Of a DNA stretch of 64,000 nt, positions 12,601-25,300 are shown piece after piece. Source of the stretch: Octopus vulgaris (taxonomy: Eukaryota); NCBI GenBank assembly GCA_951406725.2, contig OX597826.1, forward strand, positions 9,796,001 through 9,860,000, given 5' to 3'. Both the position numbers and the translations under genes were made by a program. Each line of letters begins with the position of its first letter. The stretch's first letter is position 1. The notes below the pieces were generated by a model. That model ran no database searches. It was not told where the DNA came from and worked only from the letters and a program-made list of their open reading frames with translations.

Positions 12601-14429
12601 TAAACATTATTCAAGGCACAGTATGTTTGCAAAATATAGTTTCACTGCATGGCACCTTGGGTGAATGTTTTCTACTCTAGCCTTGTACCAACCAAAGCCT
12701 TGTGAGTGGATTCAGTAAAAGGAAACTGAAAGAAGCCTGTCATATACAGAGTCCTCCAAAAAAATGTATACCCACTTCAGGAACGGAAAGAATCTATATG
12801 AACGTTTTGATTCAGTGTTATCGCAATTTGACAAAACACCGAAAGAAGTATCCATAGAGGTACTCATACAAGTTAAATGTTTAAAATAATAATGAAATTA
12901 TTGTACACAGTGCTCAGGTGCACCACAACTTGTCAGAAAGTGCATATAAAGCATATGTGCAGTAATGTACAAATGTCTGGAAAGTGAACAATGTATGAGT
13001 CAGATACATGCTTGTGTGTGTATGGAGGGGAGAAAATCAGGTGTAGTGTTGGCGAATCTCAGGAAGCATGGAAGTTTTGAAGGATGCTCCTTTCCTGAAG
13101 TGTGTGTACATTTTTTTGGCCAAACTCTGTATATGTATATATCTGTTTGTGTGTGTGTATCTTTGTGTCTGTGTTTAGAAAGACATCAGGATGTCATTTG
13201 AAGATGTTGTTGCTCTTTCTAGCAGGTTGAATAACCACATAGAGGCTTCCTCTTTGGTTCATTCTCAAAGTGTCACACATTTATGGGAGTAGCAGCAATA
13301 ATGAAATCCTAATATCTAAGTGGTTGCTTGATCTGCCTCTTGACAACTGGTGTTGGTGTGTTTATATCCCCATGACTTAGCAGTCCTGTAAAAGAGACCA
13401 GTAGAATCTTATTTTATCAGGCTTAACAAAAAATAAGTCCTGGGGTTGATTTATTTGGCTAAAAATTCTTCAAGGTGGTACCCCAGCTTGGCTGCTGTCT
13501 TATGACAGAAACAAGTAAAAGATGGTAATGGCTAGGATGCCTTTGATCACAGATTTGCTCAATTACAGCTGACCTGGGCTAAAAAAACCAACAATAACAA
13601 CTGGAAATAAATGGAGCATAAAGTATAGATTTTATCTGATAGAACAAGAACTATTGTAGAAGTGTGTGCTACAATCCCTTAGAAAAGGGGACAGAAAGAA
13701 AGGGAGAGCAGGGTGAAGTGAGAGGGAGGATAGAGAATGAAGGTTAGGGAATTTGTTGTCCTGAAATAGAGGCTGTTAGCAATCCAAGTATTTTTAGTAT
13801 CTCGCTTACATACAGTACTGCTTATTAAGAGATACTGCACTCGGTTCTTCATGCTCTGATTAACAAAACAAAATTACCAAAACTCATTATAGAATCAATT
13901 TGCTAATGGCTGTTGGTAAATGTAGTTGGGATGGTTCAAAACATTGTTGGCCAGATTAACCCAGCACAGTGAAATAATTGGCATACAGATATGATGACAA
14001 CAACAACAGCAGCAACAACACAATTGTGATGATTGTCATAATGATGATGATAATGATGATGATTAAAAGTTTTTTTGGGTTTTTTTTGGTGGGGGGCAGA
14101 AGTTTAGTTAATTGCCATCTGTCTTTTATTACTCATCTGCTTTCTATTTCCCATAACAACAGAAGACAATGTGAACCAAACATCAGATTCACACCCCTCT
14201 CTTGTCTATTTACTCTTTTACTTGTTTCAGTCATTTGACTGTGGCAATGCTGGAGCACCGCCCTTTTGTCGAGCAAAATCGACCCCAGGACTTATTCTTT
14301 GTAAGCCCAGTACTTATTCTATCGGTCTCTTTTGCCGAACTGCTAAGTTACGGGGACGTAAACACACCAGCATCGATTGTCAAGCGATGTTGGGTGGGGG
14401 GGGGGACAAACACAGACACACAAATATAG

Positions 14430-14464
<35 letters not shown>

Positions 14465-16077
14465 CGACGTGCTTCTTTCAGTTTCCGTCTACCAAATCCA
14501 CTCACAAGACTTTGGTCGGTCCGAGGCTATAGTAGAAGACACTTGCCCAAGGTGCCACGCAGTGGGACTGAACCCGGAACCATGTGGTTGGTAAGCAAGC
14601 TACTTACCACACAGCCACTCCTGCACCAGTTTCTCCTCTGTCTGTGTCCATATTCTTTTAGTATTTTATCAGTTTCACTCTCTGGACCTCAGCCCTTTCT
14701 TGTGCTCCACTTTCAAGGATTCTAGTTTGACTGTAGTCAACTGGTAGCACTTAGTATGGTACTTATTTTGTTGAAGGACAGGTTTGCTTTGAGTTACTTC
14801 TCCTTTAAAGAGTAACAAAATGTATATACACTACACATACACAAATGTATGCGAGTGTATATACATGCATATTCATATGTGTGTGTTTACACACATAAAC
14901 ACACACATATATATAGTTCTTGGCATAGAACCTGATGAGCTGTCCACAAAGCTTCAGCTTTCACGGATGGGAAACCATTGGTCACTCTATGACCAGACTT
15001 TAACTTTAGTGCTTTAATAATATGTATGTGGAGTAGATTATTTTTAACAGTGAATCTTGAAGTACATAAAGCTATAAATAATAGCATGTATTATTTATAA
15101 GAATTTAAAATTATTATTATTATTATTTATAAGAATTTAAAATTATTATCATTATTATTTATAAGAATTTAGAAACTTTTTTTCATACTATGTATTAGTC
15201 GAGGTGGTGTCTCATCTTGTTTGTTGTCTTCATTATGTTTTGGCTGTGTATGCTCCAGCCTTCTTCAGGTGTTTTCTGATTCACCTTAGTACCTTGCTTG
15301 AGATTGAACTTAGATCCTCTAGGTAATTGCACTGCATTTCAACACCTTCATCCACTATACTATGCCTATAAACAGTGTCGGTTTGAATTTTTGAGGCTTC
15401 ATTGATGTCTTATATCAGCACCATTCTGACTGGATAATACAATTCTATAATTCTGAGGTGCTGAATTATGTATCAGTCAATATGCTCTTTCTGTGGAAGA
15501 GCATAGGCTCGAAATGTTAAAGACTTTTTCACTTCCTGAGTGTTAAACTAATGCATCTGTTTGTTGCCTACACCATCTGTCTTCATCTTTTGTTTTTTTG
15601 TGCATTCTCCCTATATATATATATATTAACAGTGCAGTTCTGCCTGCAATGTTATATGGTAGTGAAACATGGGCTACCACAAAGAGAGAAGAGCAGAGAC
15701 TGGTAACGGCTCAAAGAGCCATGGAAAGGTCAATGCTTGGTATCTCGTTGAGAGAGCACATAAGTAGCAAGATCATCAGAAAGAAGTCCGGCGTGAGAGA
15801 TGTCATCGCAGAGTATACACGCAGCAAGTACAGATGGGCTGGACACGTCGCCCGGCTCACTGATAATCGGTGGACGCACACAGATGTCGAGTGGTACCCG
15901 CGTGAGCGGAAAAGACCACCCGGATGACCTCCACAATGGTGGAGTGACGATTTCAGGAGGAACGATTGGGATCACGTGGATGAGAAAGATGCAATCCAGA
16001 GAGGAGTGGACAGCGTGCTGTGACCAGCGGTGTCAAATGGACGCCTGACGGACTGGTCGGTCAAAGTGATCAAAGTG

Positions 16078-16120
<43 letters not shown>

Positions 16121-17113
16121 GTTTAATAATCTGGAATAGAGGCAATGCAAGCGGAAACTAGAGGAACCATAATTGATAACCACACACATACCAGCGAGAT
16201 GCTGGTATGTAATTGTATTTCTGTATTTGTTTTTTGTCTTTTTTTTTGTTTTTTGCATTGTGTGAAAATATCCTGATCAGTTTTAAAAATATGAAATATA
16301 TTGGCATGTCTCTGAAATGGCCCGCAGATATTTTTGAATTTTTGTAATATTTTTGTGGTGTTTTAGTACGTCCTTGTAATGTTCTATCATCTCAAATCTT
16401 TATTACACCAATGTATTGTAACTTTAAAATCTAAAAATTCACTGTGTTTTATGTATCGTATCAATATTTAACTATTTATATGTATTTTTATATTTAAATA
16501 TTTGGAATTTTAATATCATTTTTATAAATGTGAAAGAATATATATATATATTTGATTTTGTGTGTGGTTATTAATTACATTCCTCTAGTTTCCACTTGCA
16601 TTGCCTCCATTCAGATTATTAAACGGAATATAGCTCACTTGGAGCACAACAACTCCAGTCTGTATTTTATTTGCGAGTATTGTTAATATTGACCATCTCA
16701 AAATAAAGCAGTGTATCTTATGTATATATATATTACATCAATAACAAAAAGAGAGTGGAGATTTTATTCACTTCCCAAAAATTTCTTCATTTAAAAGTTT
16801 TCTGTAGTATATTCATCTGACCTACATATGCTTCGACTGCACATTGCTTCGTATGCATTCTAGTCATTGCAATTTAATCAAGGATCCATCACTCATAACG
16901 GTATGTATATAGATATGTCTGTATATATATATATATATATATATATACTACACTCGCGGAGTGGTTGGCGTTAGGAAGGGCATCCAGCTGTAGAAACACT
17001 GCCAGACCAGACTGGAGCCTGGGGCAGCCCCTGGCTCCCCAGACCCCGGTCGAACCGTCCAACCCATGCTAGCGCGGAAAACAGACGTTAAACGATGATG
17101 ATGATGATGATGA

Positions 17114-17146
<33 letters not shown>

Positions 17147-17559
17147 GTGTGTGTGCATACATATATGTAGACATCATGTGATAGTTGTAAGCAAGCATTA
17201 TCATAATACAAGTGATATTGTATTTCTCAAAAGCATATCAGGTCAAAACAAAAAATATTACCTTATTTGGAAATAGATGAGGGTTGGTGACAGGTAAGGT
17301 ATCCAGCCATAAAGAATCTGCCTCACTGAATTTCTCCTGACCCATGCAAGCATGGAAATGCAAATGTTAACACAAAGATGATGATGGTTTGTGCTGGTTT
17401 TGTTGTATATATTATGCCATGCATTGATATTGCATGCATGTTCTTCAATGAGATTCTAATTCTAACTAGAGTAATACTTCTTTAGGGGTTTCTGGTTCAC
17501 GGAGGTTTTGTTCTGTGTGTATGGATAAATATATACATATATATACACACACACATATA

Positions 17560-17607
<48 letters not shown>

Positions 17608-18282
17608 CGTGACCGACCAGGCTATCAGATGTTGCTACACATCGCTGGTCACAAATTGCTTCGCATTGTTTTAGCCTTCAAATGACGCCACCCCGCTGGC
17701 TAAGCGAGCTGGCCAACACAAGAAAGAGCGAGAGAAAGTTGTGGTGAAAGAGTACAGCAGGGATCGCCACCACCCCCTGCCGGAGCCTCGTGGAGCTTTT
17801 AGGTGTTTTCACTCAATAAACACTCACAACACCCGGTCTGGGAAGCGAAACTGCGATCCTACGACCGCGAGTCCGCTCCCCTAACCACTAGGCCATTGCG
17901 CCTCCACACACACGCACACACACACATATATATATATATATATGTAATCACTATACACTCCTGGCAACTAGAGAATCACACCACTTCCTGTTTCTTCTCC
18001 AATTTTCATTTCTAAACTAAAAGTTCAATGTATAGACATCTAAATGCAATTATAACTCTAATGTACTTATGTAACAATAAGAGCTGTGCTGTGCATGATA
18101 GACAGACAAACAGAATATCAATTAAGCATTTTCTTTCATATGGTGTTGGGTTATGAGATGAGCTTAGGTCTATATATCTGCTCTTTTCATTTGGTCACCT
18201 AATGCATTGAGTGTGGTGTGGTGTTGTGTGTGTGTGTGTGTGCCAGTAACACCATTAACCTTTTCTCTCTATCTCTCTCTTG

Positions 18283-18317
<35 letters not shown>

Positions 18318-21300
18318 TACATACATATGTATATATACATAGATATGTATGTACACATGTACACACACATATATACACATATATAATATAAATAATATAT
18401 AGTATTATTTGTATATATACATATATAAATAATACTATATCTGTGTACATATGTGTATGTATATACATATATATATGTATGTGTGTGTGTGCACACGTGT
18501 GTGTATTGAGAGAGAGAAGAGAGAGAAATTGGTAGACAGATATATGTATGTATGTGTATGTATGTTGTATGTATGCTCTTCTCTCCTTCTCTTTAGCTGT
18601 ATTTCTCACTAGTCACCCCTCTCATTCTCCTTACTCTTCACCTTTCACAATTTCTAATTTTACACACACACACACCCGTACACATGCATGCACACACTTG
18701 GACATACATCCGTTCATAATTTTCATGAAAATATTCAAGTTGCCTCTTCTTCAGTGATTGAAAAGTAAACCTATTCCAGCTATGTTAAGCCTCATTAGAT
18801 CTAAGATGAAAGAAAATATAATTGGAGAGAGAAATAAGTTTTATAACTAAATATACTGAAGCAGAACATTTATGGGAATGGCAGCCTACAAGATTACTAT
18901 CTTTTTCCTTTTATCAAATATACATCAAATTACATCTCTCTCTCTCTCTCTTTCTGTCTCTCTCTTATATATAATGTTCATATCAATATATGTGTGTACT
19001 TGCTTCTAAAACCATACATCGTATGTTTGTGTGTTTGTCTGTGGATATGTGTGTGTGTGTGTGTGATATTTGACGTTTTTACATTATGTGTGTAATCATG
19101 TAATTCAAGATGTTTTCATTGATTCTTGGAGCAAGTGATTTTTTTTTTTTTAAATTTGATACTCTTCAGTATGTGATGGTGGTTGTTGTTATTGTTGTAG
19201 TTTAAAACCAGTTTATCCCTGATCAAGTTATTCTGTGTTCAAAGCTGTTCCAGATGTGACCAAGCTGTCTTTTCCTTCTTTTAGACACTGTGCGTATAGG
19301 ACTATATTAATTTTTGGCGAGCTGGCTGACACGTTAGCGCGCCGGGCATAATGCTTAGCAGTATTTCGTCTGCCGTTACGTTCTGAGTTCAAATTCTGCC
19401 GAGGTCGACTTTGCCTTTCATCCTTTCAGGGTCGATAAATAAAGTACCAGTTTCGCAATGGGGTCAATGTAATCGACTTAATCCCTTTGTCTGTCCTTGT
19501 TTGTCCCCTCAATATTTAGCCCCTTGTGGGCAATAATGAAATATATATTAATTTTTGGCAGTAATTAAGAATCAGTAGAATTAACTAATTGCACATAGGT
19601 TCAGGCATAGGCGTGGTTGTGTGGTTTAGAAACTTGCTTCCTGATCATGTTGTCTTGGATTCAGTCTCACTGTGTGGCACTTTGGGTAAGCATCTTGTCC
19701 TGTAACCTCAGGTCTACTAAAGCCTTGTGAGTGGATTTGGTAGACGGAAACTGAAGGCGGCGAGCTGACAGAAACATTAGCAAGCCAGTTAAAATGTTTA
19801 GCCCCTTGTGGGAAATAAGAAATAAGAAACTGAAAGAAACCCATTGTGTGTGTGTGTGTGTGTGTGTACTCTTGTCTTGCCATCATAGTTGTAAATGAGC
19901 ATCACCATCATACGAGTAGTATTCATTTCCAGTCTTCCATGGAAAACATATCTGGTCGTGGAGAATTATTACCTTGCTTAGAGACAGGTGAGGGTTGGTG
20001 ACAGGAAGGGCATCTGGTTGTGGAACATTTCCCTCAACAAATTCTCTCTGACCTAAGCAAGCGTGGAAAAAGAAAAACAGACGTTAAATGAGGAGGAAGA
20101 GGAGGATGTTTATTTGGTAAATTGGTGTCTGGAACATAGGTCTGAGATAAAATTATGATGTTAGGTGGGTTTCAATCAGGAAAAAAACTAGAGGGTGAAA
20201 AGGGTTAAATCAAAAGGGCTAAATATATGACATTAAGTGGATGGTCATCGTCAGCATCTTCAATGATCTTTTTTTTTTGTTTTTGTTTTATGTAAGTGTC
20301 TGAGCCATAAGTTTCCAATTAACCAATCATTAGTTCATTGTATTTTTTTATGTTAAAAGTTTGAGCCAATCAGAAAGAATACATTTTTTTATTTATTTTT
20401 TTTGGTGGGGGGGGTTGCTCATGACCAGTGTTAGTGTGTTTACATCCCTGTAAGCTAACAATTTGGCAAAGGAGACCGATGGAATAAGTACCAGGCTTTA
20501 AAAGAAAATGAGTACTGGGATTAATTTGTTTGAGTAAAATTCTTCAAAGCAGTGCCCCAGCATGGCCACAGTCTAATGACTGAAACAAATAAGTGATAAA
20601 AGAGACAGGATTTAAACAACAATGCTACAGGGTCTTTTATTCTTTACTATTTCTTGACTTTTTGCTTCATGTTTGTTTATTTATGTTTGTTTTTGTTTTT
20701 TCTGTTGAAGGTCCTGCTAGTGTGGCCCATGTCAGAGGCAATGATACGAGTTACATCCTAACAGATCTAACTCCTGGGCTTCAGTATCGAGTCTGGATGC
20801 AAGCTGTGTCTCCTGCTGGCGAGGGACCAGTGAGTTTACCCATATTCAGCGTGGTTGTTAACGACAGTAAATATTCTTTCAATTTTTACACATATAATTA
20901 TCGTTATCTCATCATCATCATTATCATCTTCTTCGTCATCATTGACTTCCTCACTTTCATCATCGCTTTCCAGTTTTCAGTCTGACCACCAACCAACCCT
21001 TTTATAAGATCTATGCTTTAAGAATCATCAACCATAGAGAAAGCCTCTGTGCAGTTACTGAGCATGCTAGAAATAGTAACCATGTATCCCTCAAATCACA
21101 CAGATAAGCACATTACATAGTGATTGTCTTATACACCCCTTGAAAATGCGAAAAGCAAGGCTGAAATATCTCTTATTTTAGATCCATTTGATCAGAGTTG
21201 GTTGGAACTACAGTTGATATCCTCCTCCTCATCATCATCATCATCAATATTTTATTTAATGCACTTCATTGTCTGTATCCATCATTAACCATGTCGACAC

Positions 21301-22312
21301 CCAAATACATAGTCCAAGTAAAGGCTATAACTGGAGTGTAATATTGTGTGTGTATATGGAAGACCAAGCAAAAATATAAAGTATCACACATGACAAACTG
21401 CCTATTAATTCTTAGAGGTGTGACTGCTTGGGAAACCGAAGTGCTGTAAGCGTTGCCCTTATAGGCACAGACATGGCCGTGTGGTTAAGAAGTTTACTTT
21501 CCAACCGCATAGTTTCAGGTTCAGTCCTATGGTGTGGCACTTTGGACACGTGCCTTTTGACTGTAGCCCCAGGCTAACAAAAGCCTTGTGAATAGATCTG
21601 GTTGGCAAAAAACTGTGAAAACTGTTATGTATGATTGCATATGTGTGTACGTTTTTTTTATATTCTTACAATGATGCAGACAAGCTCAACTCCTCGTCGG
21701 TTGTTGGCCAAATATCGTGTGTGTGTGTGTGTGTGTGTGTGTCTGATTGCTTAAGCTACCTTTTCACCCATCATGTTATATTGTGATCAACTTGCACTCA
21801 CTCCCTTTTCCATTGCTTTCTCTTTACAGAGCTCACCTCTGAAGCTATTGCTGCCATCATTATCTCAATCATTATCCTTATCTGCCTCATTCTCAGCTGC
21901 ATATGTGCAGTCAGGTAAATACTTTGTCTTGCTTCTTCTTCTTCTTTGTCTTCTTTTTCTTCTGTTGTTGTTGTTGTTGTTGTTGCTGCTGATAATGCTC
22001 TCTTGTCGATGTGTCCATTCATAAGATTTGTCAATACCCTCTTAATATGTTAATTCTGTGGTGGTGTCATTGAGTTTATATTTCCCGTTACACGTCACAC
22101 GTTGGACGTCGTCCACACTCCTCCTCTGCTGTTTTCACTTTCACTTTCACTCACTCGCACGCACACTGCAAACCCTACTCTTCTTTCCTTTTCCTGTTTG
22201 TTGCAAGAGGAAAAGCTTTATCACGTTTGTGACAAATGTACATCATTTTACTCATTCACTGGGATCCATTGTGTGTGCCCACACATGTACTGCATGTGTG
22301 TATATATGTATG

Positions 22313-22392
<80 letters not shown>

Positions 22393-25300
22393 CATACATA
22401 TATATATATATATGTGTATATATATATATGTATATATATGTATGTATACATACATATATATACATATATATATATGTATACATATATATATACATATATA
22501 TATATACACATATATATATATATGTATACATATATACATATATATATATGTATACATATATACATATATATATATATGTATACATACATATATATATATA
22601 TATATGTATATATGTATATATATGTATGTATATATATATATATATGTGTGTGTGTGTTGATAATGATGATATATATATATACATATATATATGTGTGTGT
22701 GTGTATACATATATATATATATGTATACATATATATATGTGTGTGTGTGTATACATATATATATATATGTATACATACATATATGTGTGTGTGTGTGTAC
22801 ATATATAAAGGTACACTCATACATATGTTAGGAATATAGATTTAAAATAATGAATCGAAAAGATGGTAGGTTTTGCTTATGTACATGTTGGTATTTTTAC
22901 TTTTTGTTTCAGTCATTTGACTGTGGCCATGCTGGAGCACCACCGTTAGTCGAGCAAATCGACCCCAGGACTTATTCTTTGGAAGCCTAGTACTTACTCT
23001 ATTGGTCTCTTTTGCCAAACTGCTAAGTTATGGGGACGTAAACACACCAGCATTTGTTGTCAAGCAATGTTGGGGGGCAAGCATACATACATACATACAT
23101 ACATACATACATACATACATGTATGTGCATGCATGCATTCATGTATGTACATGCATACATACATACATACATACATACATACATGTATGTATATATATAT
23201 ATATTTATATTTATATACAACAGGCTTCTTTCAGTTTCCATCTACCAAATCCACTCACAAGGCTTTGGTCAGCCTGAGGCTATAGAAGAAGACACTTGCC
23301 CAAGGTGCCACACAGTGAAACTGAACCTAGAACCATGTGGTTGGTAAGCAAGCTATTTACCACACAGCCACTCCTAAGCCTATAGATATATATATATATA
23401 TATATGATATGATATGATAAAATATCATGTAATATCTGAAGAAATGGGTATGGTTTTAGTATTGATATGTTAACCCTTATGACTTAGGAGATGGCAATTT
23501 GATATTAGAAATGAGCAGCAAAATGACAGGAATCAAGCCGTATTTCTCTCATTTTCCAAAGTTACTTACCTACTAGAAATAACTGCTAGATAACCTGCAA
23601 ACAATATCTTATTGTCTTTAAAAGCAAAGGACATATTGAATAATGTAGATGAGATGGTCACTACTGGAATGTTTTTATCATGGGTCTGCTCGATCATGGC
23701 AGATTTGGGACTAAACATTAAGAAGAACAATAACCAATTAGCCCATATTAATTGCTTTGATTTCCTCTCGCAAAGACTCCACTCTCTTGAAAGCATTCAT
23801 GTCAATAAGTCTTTAGTATGACAATAAATTATTTATTTTCTCTGCTCAACTCTTTAACATTCAGATTACTTTGTTTTGGGTTAATCATGCATTATCTCAT
23901 AGCAATGAGATTTTGATGATTTAATTGTTTACTTTTGAGATTACACTGTGGGGTAGGTGTGAGAGGCCAGATCTGGTTTCTTTGAACTGGTAGAATATTT
24001 TATCAGATATGGCCTGTCTAAAAGCTAAAAACTCTGTCACCCTGTCATGTGCCTGTCATTTACCATTATCTGAAAAAGAAGCACATTCTAAAGAATATAG
24101 CAGTAATGTATTTGCATGCAGTTAAATATATGTCTGGTCATAGAGTGACCAATAGTTTTGCATCCATAAAGCACTTAGCCTTATGGACAACTCATCAGGC
24201 TCTAATAGCAGAGGGCATATCTCTGATCATATTTTTAATCATGCCCTCCATCATTAGAGTCTGATGAGTCATCCATGAAGCTAAGCACTTCATGGATGCA
24301 AAACCATTGGTCACTCTATGACCAGAAATATATATAGGGAAAATAGAAAATGAAGACAGATGCTCAAGATGTTACTAAATCATTTATATCTTGATATTTC
24401 CTACACATGTTTCGATGGATGCATCCAAAATACATCTGACAGGAGAAATGAAGATATAAACCATTTAATAACATCTTAAGCGTTTGTCTCCATTTTCTAT
24501 TTTTCCTGTTTTTCTTCTAAATACGTCTTGCTTGTCCCTGGATTCAAATCCCACACAAGTGTGTCCATTGTTTCCTAGGACACTTAAGCAACATTTAGCT
24601 ACCTTGGAATTATTCCCTTGGATCCTCCCTATATATTATATATATATATATATAATACTGTAAAACAGTCTGAGATAAACAGTTAAATTGTCCCACTATT
24701 TAGTGATGACCAACACAAATGACTACAATACTGGAGGTCATTGCTGCAAAAGGATAGCATCACTTGAGCTGCAAAGCTAATATCTGAAGAATCTTAAGAA
24801 AGCAAAACTACAAGCAAGAATACAAGATATATATAATTCTGATTTGAAGAAAGGACAGAGGAGAATAATTCAGTGTATTGGACAGTGATTCTTCATTATG
24901 AAGAAAAAAGGAGAGAAGTAAAAGTGGGAGAAATAGTGTTGGTTATAGTGAAGGCAAGATGGTGATTGAAATGGTTAACCTGGTGTTTTATAGCCAAAAG
25001 AGAGACAGCAAATGGAGATAAGTAAGAAGTACAAGAATAACCTTAAAAGATTGTGAGGATTTGTGCATGTGTAAGTGTGTGTCTGTTTACATGTTATTGG
25101 TGTTTAGAACAAAGCATAATAATGTGTGTAGTACATGAGTAGTGTCTACGATAGAGAAACAGGATGTTTATGATTGAGAACACCACCATAAGCAATGAGA
25201 TGCAGGGGGGGGGGGGGGTAGCCTAGATAACTGAAGTGACCAGCTACAGGTTAGAGTGATCCAGTTTGTGTTGGACACCCTTGAATGATCTGCCAAATGT

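Noticed and set aside
14171-14725. 184-aa ORF and tRNA-like heads
   Set aside because: SINE-A sequence; heads have A/B boxes but no complete cloverleaf
22058-22839. Several 186-245 aa ORFs on both strands
   Set aside because: Translations of (TA)/(TG)/(CA) microsatellite, open only because they lack stops
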